DNA of 32,000 nucleotides from Propionibacteriaceae bacterium (lineage in GTDB: Bacteria; Actinomycetota; Actinomycetes; Propionibacteriales; Propionibacteriaceae). Where the stretch lies: the NCBI GenBank assembly GCA_031256725.1, contig JAIRQE010000004.1, positions 118,343-150,342 on the forward strand. The letters run 5' to 3'. Positions 8,400-15,776 of the stretch are shown here, piece by piece. Both the position numbers and the translations under genes were made by a program. The notes beneath the pieces are model-generated. The model saw nothing but the letters and a program-made list of their open reading frames with translations, was not told the origin of the DNA and did not search any database. The number at the start of each line of letters is the position of its first letter. Position 1 is the stretch's first letter.

Positions 8400-9263
8400 C
8401 TAGCGGCTAATCAGGGCAACAGGGCAAGATGAGTGAGCCAGTACAGCCCTGACTGGCCCTCCAAGTTGGATAGCTGGTCGGGGCTTGACTCCTAGGACAA
8501 GTAAGTCCACCCGAGAAGACTCTTGAATCAGTTCGTCTACGAGGACTCCCCTCTGTGAACGAATCTTGATCTCGACATCGGGAAAGGCTTCTGCCACGGG
8601 TATAACCATCTTCTCCAAGGAGCAGATCACCCTATGTTCCCATTCCTCTTCTTGGGTTCCTGAGGTGGGTATGAGGGACATGACTGAGGTGGGTTGAGTG
8701 GGAATGATATGAACCACATCAACCGTTGCGTCACGGATCATAGCCTCCCTACATCCCCATCTCAGAGCATTGTCACCTGCACCACCCATGGCTACTGTGA
8801 TCTTTCCGAAGCCTCCTGTAGGTTCGGGGGTGGAAGCGGCAGAGATCACCACGAGTGGACAATGGGAACTCGACACAAGTGAGGTCGATGTTGAACCCAC
8901 GAACATCCTCTCCAAACCGGAGCTCGCTCGACGCCCAACGATGAGAATCTCAGCGGATTTTGAACATTTTGACAGAATGGTTGTTGGGTTTCCAATGGCT
9001 ACATCTGTACGGATTCTATCCTCGGGTACACCCTTAGCGATGGCGAGATCTCGGACCTGGTGTACTGCAGCTTCCCCAGCCTCTTTGAGGACCGTGGGAT
9101 CATAGAGGATCCCCCATCCTCCGGTCACGACCCCATCATCGACTGCATTGACGAACCAAATATCTGCATCAAGGTGGAGCGCACGCCCTATCCCATACCT
9201 CGCTGCCCGGATTCCATCCTCGGAACCATCAATTCCTACTAACACTGTGGGTTTATCGGCCAT
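8400..9263 (-). CDS. Universal stress protein, tandem USP domains
   Basis: Two USP-like halves are present (VLVGIDGSEDG...ILIVGRRASSGLERMFVGSTSTSLVSSSHCPLVVI and ITVAMGG...DLLVLGVKPRP...GPVRAVLAHSSCPVALI). I prefer the ATG at 9263 (MADKPTVLVGIDGS), preceded by GAGGAG plus 6 nt, over the ORF-track start at 9302. Confidence 0.8.
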   Translation of the reverse strand: MADKPTVLVGIDGSEDGIRAARYGIGRALHLDADIWFVNAVDDGVVTGGWGILYDPTVLKEAGEAAVHQVRDLAIAKGVPEDRIRTDVAIGNPTTILSKCSKSAEILIVGRRASSGLERMFVGSTSTSLVSSSHCPLVVISAASTPEPTGGFGKITVAMGGAGDNALRWGCREAMIRDATVDVVHIIPTQPTSVMSLIPTSGTQEEEWEHRVICSLEKMVIPVAEAFPDVEIKIRSQRGVLVDELIQESSRVDLLVLGVKPRPAIQLGGPVRAVLAHSSCPVALISR

Positions 9264-9308
9264 GGGAGTCTCCTCATCGAACTCGCGATCCGTCACCACC
9301 ATTGTATG

Positions 9309-10190
9309 TCAGGAAACCTCGTCGGGGAATGTTGTTTTCCCATGCAAACTATCTGCCAAGAGATCATCCACACCGTCAGCAACGGTGGCTATCTCAGTGA
9401 TGGCTTGCCTAAGATGTGCGGGTACAAAGGGTGTCGCATAAAGGGAGAGAGCAGCAATGATCTTATCTCTGACAAGGGAGAACCTTACCCATCGCGTATG
9501 GGCATTGACGTCGTTGAGTACCTCGGCTGCTCTGGAACGACCAGCGATGTCGTGAACGATCATGGAAAAGAGACGAATCTCTTGGCTATCAGGAGTGATA
9601 CGCACGAAGATCATGGTTGACCCGACTCGTACAGCATAATCACCATCTTGATCCCTCATTGGTGGGGTACCAAAGATCCGGGTCAACTCTTCACGCACCC
9701 CAACAGTCAACTCAATGAAGCTGAGGTAGGCAAAGGCTGCTGTTTCTTCACGTGCTGGGAGGTTGGGTTCCTCTTCGACAGCAGGTTCAGTCAGGACTTC
9801 CTCAAGAACGCTGGGGTGAATGAAAACCGGATGCTCAAGATGGAAGACCTTCCTGAGTACCTCATTCGCTGCATCCGCCAACTCTACAGTCAAGTCCTGG
9901 GAGTACTTGAGGAGGAAACCCTTCTCATTCTTCTTCCATCCCAGATCATCCAGGGTTGCTACCTGCTCATCGCTGAGAGGTTGGCCATCCAGAATCAGGG
10001 GTACATAGGCCTCGACCCAGCCCTTTGCCTCTTGAGTGAACCGAATGTACCACTGGGTATCCCCAGGGTCGCAGGGTTGCAGAAGGAGTGGCTCAGTCTC
10101 GTCCATCATTGACAGAACTCCAGACAGACGAATACCGAAACGCCGCCATGCCTGGTCGACAGAGTGGTCGAAGTTAAACTCATCAGTCAT
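9309..10190 (-). CDS. Conserved hypothetical protein with a YbjN / T3SS-chaperone-like C-terminal domain (tentative)
   Basis: 293-aa acidic protein. Its C-terminal half (DGDYAVRVGSTMIFVRITPDSQEIRLFSMIVHDIAGRSRAAEVLNDVNAHTRWVRFSL) resembles the YbjN-type putative sensory-transduction/chaperone fold as I remember it. No HMM was run. Confidence 0.5.
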   Translation of the reverse strand: MTDEFNFDHSVDQAWRRFGIRLSGVLSMMDETEPLLLQPCDPGDTQWYIRFTQEAKGWVEAYVPLILDGQPLSDEQVATLDDLGWKKNEKGFLLKYSQDLTVELADAANEVLRKVFHLEHPVFIHPSVLEEVLTEPAVEEEPNLPAREETAAFAYLSFIELTVGVREELTRIFGTPPMRDQDGDYAVRVGSTMIFVRITPDSQEIRLFSMIVHDIAGRSRAAEVLNDVNAHTRWVRFSLVRDKIIAALSLYATPFVPAHLRQAITEIATVADGVDDLLADSLHGKTTFPDEVS

Positions 10191-10291
10191 CGTGTCTCAC
10201 GGTAGCACGACAAGGGACATGTCCGGTACCCGCTAATACAGGTCAATCATGAATATTGAGAGTTCAAGATGGCTACCCGATCCACCACAAT

Positions 10292-10873
10292 CTAAAAGAT
10301 GAGGAGTTTCGAAGGATCTGGATGGGCGAGTAGATCCCTTGTCAGTCGGCCCAGTGTTCCTAAGGCACACTCATCGAAGAGGGATGCGAGTTCCTCTAGT
10401 CGACCCCGCTGTTCTGTCGTGGGATGGAGTCTCTCAGTTGCTGCACAATCCACCAGGAGTTCCCTGCAATCATTACAGGCTTTCGCAATGGTTGATCGGA
10501 GAAGAGCAGGCGGTTTGGGAGCCGTTTTCCATCTCTTCAGGATCAGGGCCCAACTCTTGTGGAGCATAGATGTCAACCTCATCCGTATCGACTTTTGGAA
10601 GTCGAGGGATGCCAACCGTATCCCCTTGCTGGTTTTGAGGAAGAGTGTGGCTGGTTCCCAGATTGTTCTGCCTCTGACCGTGATTCGACGAGCAAGAATA
10701 CAGGCAAGTATGGCTTTTTCAGCGTCCCAACTCAGGAGGGTATCGGCCCCGTGTACTGTGTCTTCGGTGACTTCTTGGCGTAGCTGCCAGTCGGTTCCCT
10801 GGGTGGTGACAGTCCACACCAGTTCCTGTTGGGCTTCGTCGATGGAGATGGTACCAAAGTTATCCACTTCCAC
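10292..10873 (-). CDS. Hypothetical protein (193 aa) with a C-x2-C-x6-C ... C cysteine pattern
   Basis: I prefer this strand over the fully overlapping plus-strand ORF (10299-10898). The plus-strand product is Ser/Arg/Val-rich, as is typical of antisense translation. The start is a GTG with no obvious Shine-Dalgarno sequence. No family was recognised. Confidence 0.5.
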   Translation of the reverse strand: MEVDNFGTISIDEAQQELVWTVTTQGTDWQLRQEVTEDTVHGADTLLSWDAEKAILACILARRITVRGRTIWEPATLFLKTSKGIRLASLDFQKSIRMRLTSMLHKSWALILKRWKTAPKPPALLRSTIAKACNDCRELLVDCAATERLHPTTEQRGRLEELASLFDECALGTLGRLTRDLLAHPDPSKLLIF

Positions 10874-10925
10874 GAGAGCTACAGGACATACCCGATGACT
10901 GCTCGATAAACCTTGGGATCACTTT

Positions 10926-10962
10926 CCTCAAGGGGCTTGAAAACCTCTGATAACCCTTGAGG
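10926..10962. repeat. Perfect 9-bp inverted repeat (CCTCAAGGG / CCCTTGAGG) with a 19-nt spacer, upstream of the 193-aa ORF
   Basis: Read directly: arms are at 10926-10934 and 10954-10962. Confidence 0.75.
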
Positions 10963-11010
10963 AACCGACATCACAATGAACTTGAGCTTGTCGAACATGC
11001 CGACCCCCTG

Positions 11011-11035
11011 ATCGCATCCACACTTAAGATGCGAT
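11011..11035 (-). terminator. Candidate hairpin terminator after nrdJ (8-bp stem ATCGCATC / GATGCGAT, 9-nt loop, no U-tract)
   Basis: The arms at 11011-11018 and 11028-11035 are exact reverse complements. The hairpin begins 9 nt downstream of the nrdJ stop at 11044-11046. Confidence 0.35.
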
Positions 11036-11043
11036 ACAACAGT

Positions 11044-13836
11044 CTAACTGCAACCGGAGGTGGAACCACATCCTTCACAGACATAGCAAGAACCTGAGGG
11101 CCTCATCTTCGTTCCACAGGTGAGACACAGCGGCGCATCCACGGATTGCCCAAGAGCTTCTAAGAGTTCAGCGGTCGTACGAGCATCAATCAGTGACGGT
11201 TGTCGAGCACCTGGTTCATCGATCCTGAGGTTATCCCCATCATCATTGCGCAGGGTCTCCGATTCTAAGAGTTTGGCTTCATCCTCCTCCGAAAGATAGG
11301 AGCCGGTCTCAACATAACGGGCCCTCTCAGCAGCGGTATAGATCCCCAACTCTGCCCTCTCATCAAAGGCCAGGTAATCCAAGGCCAGGCGACGGAAGAT
11401 GTAATCCATGATGGATTGGGCGATACGAATATCAGCGTCATCAGTCATCCCAGCTGGCTCGAACTTCAGGTTCGTGAACTTCTGGATGAAGGTTTCTAGA
11501 GGTACGCCGTACTGTAAACCGATGGAGACTGCAATCGAGAAAGCATCCATGACACCAGAGAGTGTTGACCCCTGCTTGCCAAGTTTCAGGAAGACCTCAC
11601 CCAATCGGCCATCATCATAGGCCCCGGAGGTCATGTACCCCTCAGCACCACCGACAGAGAAACTCGTGGTCTTGCCTGATCGTGACTTGGGTAAACGTTT
11701 GCGCTGGGCACGGTACTCTATGCGTACCTTCTCTTCGACAACTTCAGCCTTCTTTGAGGATGATAGGGGCTGACCCACTTTACAGTTGTCGCGATAGATG
11801 GCAACAGCCTTCAATCCGAGCTTCCATCCCTGCATGTAAACATCAGCGATCTCCTCAACTGTTGCAGTTTCGGGGAGGTTCACAGTCTTGGAGATTGCCC
11901 CCGAGATGAAGGGTTGCACAGCAGCCATCATCCGAATATGACCCATGGGGCCAATCGAACGGGCACCCACTGCACAGTCAAAGACGGGGTAATCCTTCAC
12001 GTCCAAGTCTGGAGCATCAAGGACATGACCATGGTCAGAAATATGAGCAATGATCCCGTCAATCTCCATTTGATCATAGCCCAGGTTCTTCAAGGCCCTG
12101 GTGACAGTGGAGTTCACGATCTGCATCGACGACCCGTCAACCATCTTCTTGAACTTCACCAGAGCAAAGTCGGGTTCAATACCAGTGGTATCGCAGTCCA
12201 TCATGAAGCCGATGGTACCCGTGGGGGCGAGTACTGATGCCTGAGAGTTGCGGAATCCGTGGACCTCACCAAGACTGACAACCCGTTCCCACTGATCAGT
12301 TGCTGCACGCTTGACTTTCCCAGCCTGTCCAGTTGCGACATGGATGGTGTCATTGGCACTGCGATGCTTCCTCATCACAGCATTATGGGGTTCAGCATTG
12401 ATCTCATAGCCGTCATAACTACCCACAACTCCAGCAAGTTCAGCACTTCGACGGTACGCAGCCCCAGTCATCAGTGAGGTAATTGCTGCAGCCAAAGAGC
12501 GGCCCTCATCTGAGTCATAGGCAAGACCCAAAGCCATCAAAAGAGCACCCAGGTTTGCGTAGCCGATTCCCAGTTGACGGAATTTGCGGGTGTTGGCACC
12601 AATCGCCTCCGTGGGGAAGTCAGCGAAACAGATGGAGATATCCATCGCAGTGATCACCAGTTCAACAGCAGCAATGAAACGATCAATCTGGAATTGATCA
12701 TTATCATCCAGGAATTGCATGAGGTTGAGGGAGGCCAGGTTGCATGAGGAATTGTCGACACTCATGTACTCACTGCAGGGGTTTGAGGCTGTGATGGGCC
12801 CAGAGTTGGGGATCGTATGCCAATCGTTGATCGTATCGTCGTACTGGATCCCAGGGTCTGCGCACTTCCATGCAGCTGTGGCGATCTTGGAGAACAACTC
12901 CCGTGCCCTCAGGGTCACAACAGGACTCCTATCAAGACGTGCTGTGAGGTCAAAATCCGAGTCGGTCTCAACTGCCCTCATGAACTTGTCGGAAACACGA
13001 ACAGAGTTGTTTGCGTTTTGGTATTGCACTGAAGAAATATCGGCTCCACCAAGATCCATATCGAATCCGGCGTCTCTCAAGGCGCGAATCTTTTCTTCCT
13101 CGCGGGCCTTGGTTTCCACAAACTCTTCAATATCTGGGTGGTCGATGTCGAGGATCACCATCTTGGCGGCCCTTCGCGTTGCACCACCAGACTTGATTGT
13201 TCCCGCAGAAGCATCGGCTCCACGCATGAAACTCACTGGCCCTGAGGCAGCACCGCCGGAAGAAAGAAGCTCCTTGCTAGAACGAATCCGTGACAGGTTC
13301 ACACCAGCACCCGAGCCACCCTTGAAGATGAAACCCTCGTCGCGATACCACGTCAGGATCGAATCAATAGAGTCTTCCACACTCAAGATGAAACAGGCTG
13401 AGACCTGCTGGGGGGCAGAGGTACCCACGTTGAACCACACCGGAGAGTTGAAACTGAACACCTGATGGAGCAACATCCAGGTGAGTTCATCAGCGAAAAC
13501 CTCAGCATCTTCGCTTCTCGCAAAGTACCCATTGTTTTCCCCAGCCTGACGGTAGGCGTTCACCACACGATCAATGAGCGTTTTGAGACTGGATTCCCTC
13601 TGATCAGACCCTATAGCTCCCCTGAAGTATTTCGTGGTCACGATCATGGAGGCATTCGCACTCCAGAATTCGGGGAACTCCACACCTTCCTGACTGAAGA
13701 CAGTTTCCCCAGTTTTCCAGTTGGTTTGTACCACATCTCGAAGGCCCCAGGTAACTTCGTTGTAGGGGTGTACTCCCGCAGTGGAGAATACTCGAGTCAT
13801 TTCTAGGGCTGGCTGAGCGGTCTCAGTACTAGACAT
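11044..13836 (-). CDS. nrdJ: Adenosylcobalamin-dependent (class II) ribonucleoside-diphosphate reductase, long form
   Basis: 930 aa. The active-site region is NPCSEYMSVDNSSCNLASLNL, and the C-terminal tail is Cys-rich (CLTCGTKMRPSGSCYVCEGCGSTSGCS). It lies 39 nt downstream of nrdR, matching the Streptomyces nrdRJ operon. Confidence 0.92.
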   Translation of the reverse strand: MSSTETAQPALEMTRVFSTAGVHPYNEVTWGLRDVVQTNWKTGETVFSQEGVEFPEFWSANASMIVTTKYFRGAIGSDQRESSLKTLIDRVVNAYRQAGENNGYFARSEDAEVFADELTWMLLHQVFSFNSPVWFNVGTSAPQQVSACFILSVEDSIDSILTWYRDEGFIFKGGSGAGVNLSRIRSSKELLSSGGAASGPVSFMRGADASAGTIKSGGATRRAAKMVILDIDHPDIEEFVETKAREEEKIRALRDAGFDMDLGGADISSVQYQNANNSVRVSDKFMRAVETDSDFDLTARLDRSPVVTLRARELFSKIATAAWKCADPGIQYDDTINDWHTIPNSGPITASNPCSEYMSVDNSSCNLASLNLMQFLDDNDQFQIDRFIAAVELVITAMDISICFADFPTEAIGANTRKFRQLGIGYANLGALLMALGLAYDSDEGRSLAAAITSLMTGAAYRRSAELAGVVGSYDGYEINAEPHNAVMRKHRSANDTIHVATGQAGKVKRAATDQWERVVSLGEVHGFRNSQASVLAPTGTIGFMMDCDTTGIEPDFALVKFKKMVDGSSMQIVNSTVTRALKNLGYDQMEIDGIIAHISDHGHVLDAPDLDVKDYPVFDCAVGARSIGPMGHIRMMAAVQPFISGAISKTVNLPETATVEEIADVYMQGWKLGLKAVAIYRDNCKVGQPLSSSKKAEVVEEKVRIEYRAQRKRLPKSRSGKTTSFSVGGAEGYMTSGAYDDGRLGEVFLKLGKQGSTLSGVMDAFSIAVSIGLQYGVPLETFIQKFTNLKFEPAGMTDDADIRIAQSIMDYIFRRLALDYLAFDERAELGIYTAAERARYVETGSYLSEEDEAKLLESETLRNDDGDNLRIDEPGARQPSLIDARTTAELLEALGQSVDAPLCLTCGTKMRPSGSCYVCEGCGSTSGCS

Positions 13837-13875
13837 GGCATACCTTTCTTATGTGTGGTGGTTGTGGTGGTAGGT

Positions 13876-14328
13876 TCATTTTTCGCTGTGATTGCGGAGA
13901 TGGGCGATCCCCGATTCAAAATCTTCAATCGAAGCGTAGTTCTCGTAGACCGATGCGAATCGCAGGTAGACGACTTCATCTAATTCCCCAAGGGGAGCCA
14001 GGATTGCAAGACCGATTTCTTCGGCTGGTACCTCAGCTAGCCCCATAGATCGAATGGATTCCTCCACTTTCTGTCCGAGCTTGGCCAGGTCGGTTTCTGA
14101 GATGGGCCTACCCTTGCAGGCCTTTCGTACTCCTTGGACAACCTTGTCCCTGGTGAAGGGTTCCACAGCCCCAGATCTTTTAACGACTGCAAGCTGGATC
14201 TGTTCAACAGTGGTGAACCTGCGTTCACATTCTGGGCACTGGCGACGACGTCGAATGGAGGAACCGTCGTCTGCAACACGGGAGTCACTGACACGCGAAT
14301 CCGGGTGTTTACAGTAGGGACAGTACAT
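13876..14328 (-). CDS. nrdR: Transcriptional repressor NrdR (zinc ribbon plus ATP-cone)
   Basis: From the ATG at 14328 the protein starts [18 protein letters not shown]...[15 protein letters not shown], the canonical NrdR zinc ribbon at the very N-terminus. AGGAGA lies 4 nt upstream. The ORF-track start at 14370 adds 14 non-family residues and would overlap the operator. Confidence 0.92.
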   Translation of the reverse strand: MYCPYCKHPDSRVSDSRVADDGSSIRRRRQCPECERRFTTVEQIQLAVVKRSGAVEPFTRDKVVQGVRKACKGRPISETDLAKLGQKVEESIRSMGLAEVPAEEIGLAILAPLGELDEVVYLRFASVYENYASIEDFESGIAHLRNHSEK

Positions 14329-14370
14329 TTTTCTCCTAGGCTTCGGGCAGTCCATAGCATCCAGATACAT

Positions 14371-14386
14371 CCACTATAGATGGGAT
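14371..14386. promoter_or_regulatory. Candidate NrdR box 1 (CCACTATAGATGGGAT)
   Basis: 11 of 16 positions match the published NrdR-box consensus acaCwAtATaTwGtgt. On the minus strand it contains a TATAGT -10-like hexamer. Its centre lies 32 bp from box 2, which is the typical tandem spacing. Confidence 0.5.
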
Positions 14387-14402
14387 AATCACATTGGTGT
14401 TA

Positions 14403-14418
14403 CTACTAGATGTAGTGA
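14403..14418. promoter_or_regulatory. Candidate NrdR box 2 (CTACTAGATGTAGTGA)
   Basis: 11 of 16 positions match the NrdR-box consensus. It is a partial palindrome (CTAC-N5-GTAG). It pairs with box 1 at about three helical turns, upstream of nrdR-nrdJ. Confidence 0.5.
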
Positions 14419-14506
14419 TTCTACAGGTTTGCCCTGGCAGGTCAATCACCATCAATGGCTTTGGATAAACCCAGAAAAACCTTGGGATAGTTCTACGCTG
14501 AACTCA

Positions 14507-14580
14507 CGGCGTGTCGCGGGAAAAACGCCGAAAATTCCGGCGTGTCGCATCTATGGAATTCTTCCCAGTCGGCGTGTCGT
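14507..14580 (+). repeat. Three direct copies of cGGCGTGTCG(C/T), with starts spaced 31 and 32 bp apart
   Basis: GGCGTGTCGC is at 14508-14517 and at 14539-14548. GGCGTGTCGT is at 14571-14580. The flanking sequences are unrelated. Confidence 0.9.
14521..14543 (-). terminator. Candidate intrinsic terminator for the small SOS-controlled gene
   Basis: The minus-strand RNA is ACGCCG-GAAUUUU-CGGCGU followed by UUUU. This gives a 6-bp stem (14538-14543 pairing with 14525-14530), a 7-nt loop and a U-tract at 14524-14521. It lies about 100 nt after the stop at 14642. The 5' arm is part of motif copy B. Confidence 0.45.
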
Positions 14581-14641
14581 AAACGTGAAGGCTCCCTCAT
14601 AGATCTCATTCCTCGCCTAGTCGTACCTAGAGTGAAGACCC

Positions 14642-14890
14642 TCAGGGCAGAGGTGTATTAGGGATAGAAAGGAAGGCGACTGCCACGGATGTCAGCGCCA
14701 TCGCAAAGAAGCCAAGTGCTGAACTTAGGTTGACATAGACCCTCACCTGAGCCCAACTGCGCGCTCTGGAGATTTCTTGGGCATAGAGCTTGCGACGGAA
14801 ATGAGCTGAGGTCTCACCTTCTCGAACGATATGCAGATGAGCTCCGCGAGCAGGGTTACCGCGAAGGTAACTGGTCTCCAATGCACTCAT
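14642..14890 (-). CDS. Small (82 aa) membrane protein with a C-terminal transmembrane helix. It is a candidate SOS-inducible cell-division inhibitor (positional analogue of Corynebacterium divS / Mycobacterium chiZ).
   Basis: The ATG at 14890 has AAAGG 8 nt upstream, and an SOS box lies 13 nt upstream. The hydrophobic stretch LSSALGFFAMALTSVAVAFLSI is present. The segment HIVREGETSAHFRRKLY resembles the start of a LysM motif. The gene lies between nrdR and lexA and divergent from lexA, exactly where divS and chiZ lie. The ORF-track start at 14950 would place the operator inside the coding sequence. Confidence 0.5.
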   Translation of the reverse strand: MSALETSYLRGNPARGAHLHIVREGETSAHFRRKLYAQEISRARSWAQVRVYVNLSSALGFFAMALTSVAVAFLSIPNTPLP

Positions 14891-14902
14891 GATAACAGCC
14901 TT

Positions 14903-14918
14903 TCGTACGTCTGTTCGA
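14903..14918. promoter_or_regulatory. SOS box (LexA operator), TCGTAC-GTCT-GTTCGA
   Basis: One mismatch to the actinobacterial consensus TCGAAC-N4-GTTCGA. It lies immediately upstream of the small membrane protein gene. Confidence 0.65.
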
Positions 14919-14946
14919 TATATTCTTCTCTCGATCCACCAATAAA

Positions 14947-14962
14947 TCAAACACCTGTTCGA
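14947..14962. promoter_or_regulatory. Weaker SOS-like box, TCAAAC-ACCT-GTTCGA
   Basis: One mismatch to TCGAAC-N4-GTTCGA, but it falls in the conserved GAAC core. It lies in the same divergent region, adjacent to motif copy D. Confidence 0.3.
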
Positions 14963-14966
14963 TTTT

Positions 14967-14976
14967 GGCGTGTCGC
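14967..14976 (+). repeat. Fourth exact copy of GGCGTGTCGC, between the SOS boxes
   Basis: Read directly. It has the same orientation as the three copies at 14508-14580. Confidence 0.9.
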
Positions 14977-15019
14977 ACTCTCATTTAACACCCCAGCTAC
15001 GACATTTATTTCGACACAG

Positions 15020-15035
15020 TCGAACAAATGTTTGA
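15020..15035. promoter_or_regulatory. SOS box (LexA autoregulatory operator), TCGAAC-AAAT-GTTTGA
   Basis: One mismatch to TCGAAC-N4-GTTCGA. It lies 32 nt upstream of the preferred lexA start. Confidence 0.75.
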
Positions 15036-15066
15036 TACGACTCATTATTTGGGTTACGCTAGCGTC

Positions 15067-15774
15067 ATGGAACCCACAACAGATCCTCAGGCTGGCCCCA
15101 CAGCGGTCTTCCATGCCAATGTCACTGAGATGCCCGATGGCCCAGCTGGTGCAGATGGATTGACTCTTCGTCAGCGTCGAATTCTGGAGGTGATCCAAAC
15201 CTCAATCTCGGAACGCGGATATCCACCTACAGTCAGAGAGATCTGCGAGCGGGTTGGCTTGAACTCCCCCTCCTCCGTAGCACATCAATTGCGCGTTCTT
15301 GAGACTCGTGGCTTCATCCGCCGTGACCCGAATCGTCCTCGCGCTCTTGAGGTACTACTTCCCGGCCACAGCGACTCCTTCGAATCGCCCATTGATGACT
15401 CCGCAGTGCGTGTCCCCCTTCTGGGCCGGATTGCAGCTGGAGCGCCCATCACGGCCGAGGAACACTTGGAGGACACCTTTATACTCCCCGAACAACTCGT
15501 GGGTTCAGGAACCCTATTCATGTTGGAGGTCCAGGGAGACTCCATGATTGATGCCGCCATCTGCGACGGAGATTTCGTTGTTGTACGCCAGCAGTCAACA
15601 GCCGAAAATGGAGAGATCGTCGCAGCCATGTTGGGAGATGAGGCCACAGTCAAGGTACTGAAGAGAACCCCTGGTCAAGTCTGGCTTCTCCCACAGAATC
15701 GCCTCTACTCACCTATCGATGGCAACGAAGCAACCATCCTCGGCAAGGTCGTTACTGTTCTTCGCCGCGTCTAG
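15067..15774 (+). CDS. lexA: LexA repressor (SOS regulator, S24 self-cleaving peptidase)
   Basis: A winged-helix N-terminus ([55 protein letters not shown]) is present. The cleavage region is present, with the catalytic Ser in GDSMIDAAI and the Lys in ATVKVLKR. The start is uncertain. The ORF-track ATG at 15028 lies inside the SOS box, so I prefer the in-frame ATG at 15067. The ATG at 15130 is also possible. Confidence 0.92.
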   Translation: MEPTTDPQAGPTAVFHANVTEMPDGPAGADGLTLRQRRILEVIQTSISERGYPPTVREICERVGLNSPSSVAHQLRVLETRGFIRRDPNRPRALEVLLPGHSDSFESPIDDSAVRVPLLGRIAAGAPITAEEHLEDTFILPEQLVGSGTLFMLEVQGDSMIDAAICDGDFVVVRQQSTAENGEIVAAMLGDEATVKVLKRTPGQVWLLPQNRLYSPIDGNEATILGKVVTVLRRV

Positions 15775-15776
15775 GT

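Noticed and set aside
11460-11474. SOS-box-like CGAAC-TTCAG-GTTCG inside nrdJ
   Set aside because: The spacer is 5 nt rather than 4, and the site lies deep in coding sequence. It is most likely chance.
12719-13465. 248-aa plus-strand ORF inside nrdJ
   Set aside because: It is fully embedded antisense to a strongly conserved RNR coding sequence. Its Ser/Leu/Arg-rich composition is typical of antisense frames, and it has no ribosome-binding site.
11044-13836. Possible intein or insertion in the long NrdJ (930 aa) or in the 700-aa topoisomerase subunit
   Set aside because: Both lengths are normal for the actinobacterial long forms. Catalytic motifs are contiguous, and no Cys/Ser...His-Asn splice-junction blocks or endonuclease motifs were seen.
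14507-14580. Possible mini-CRISPR array, suggested by regularly spaced repeats
   Set aside because: The repeat unit is only 10-12 bp and there are three copies. No cas genes are present, and one copy forms part of a terminator-like hairpin. This is not CRISPR architecture.
14450-14608. Short minus-strand ORFs (32 and 35 codons) across the motif copies
   Set aside because: They have no ribosome-binding sites. The repeats fall in different reading frames in different copies, so the repeat is not a coded peptide repeat.
14967-14995. Reading the GGCGTGTCG copies as mycobacterial RecA-independent (PafBC) promoters, TGTCRgtg-N8-TAnnnT
   Set aside because: I checked the hexamer 8 nt after each TGTCG core. 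None is TAnnnT; the best is copy D, with TAACAC at N7. Four of the five copies would also point away from any gene. This remains a weak alternative for copy D and lexA only.
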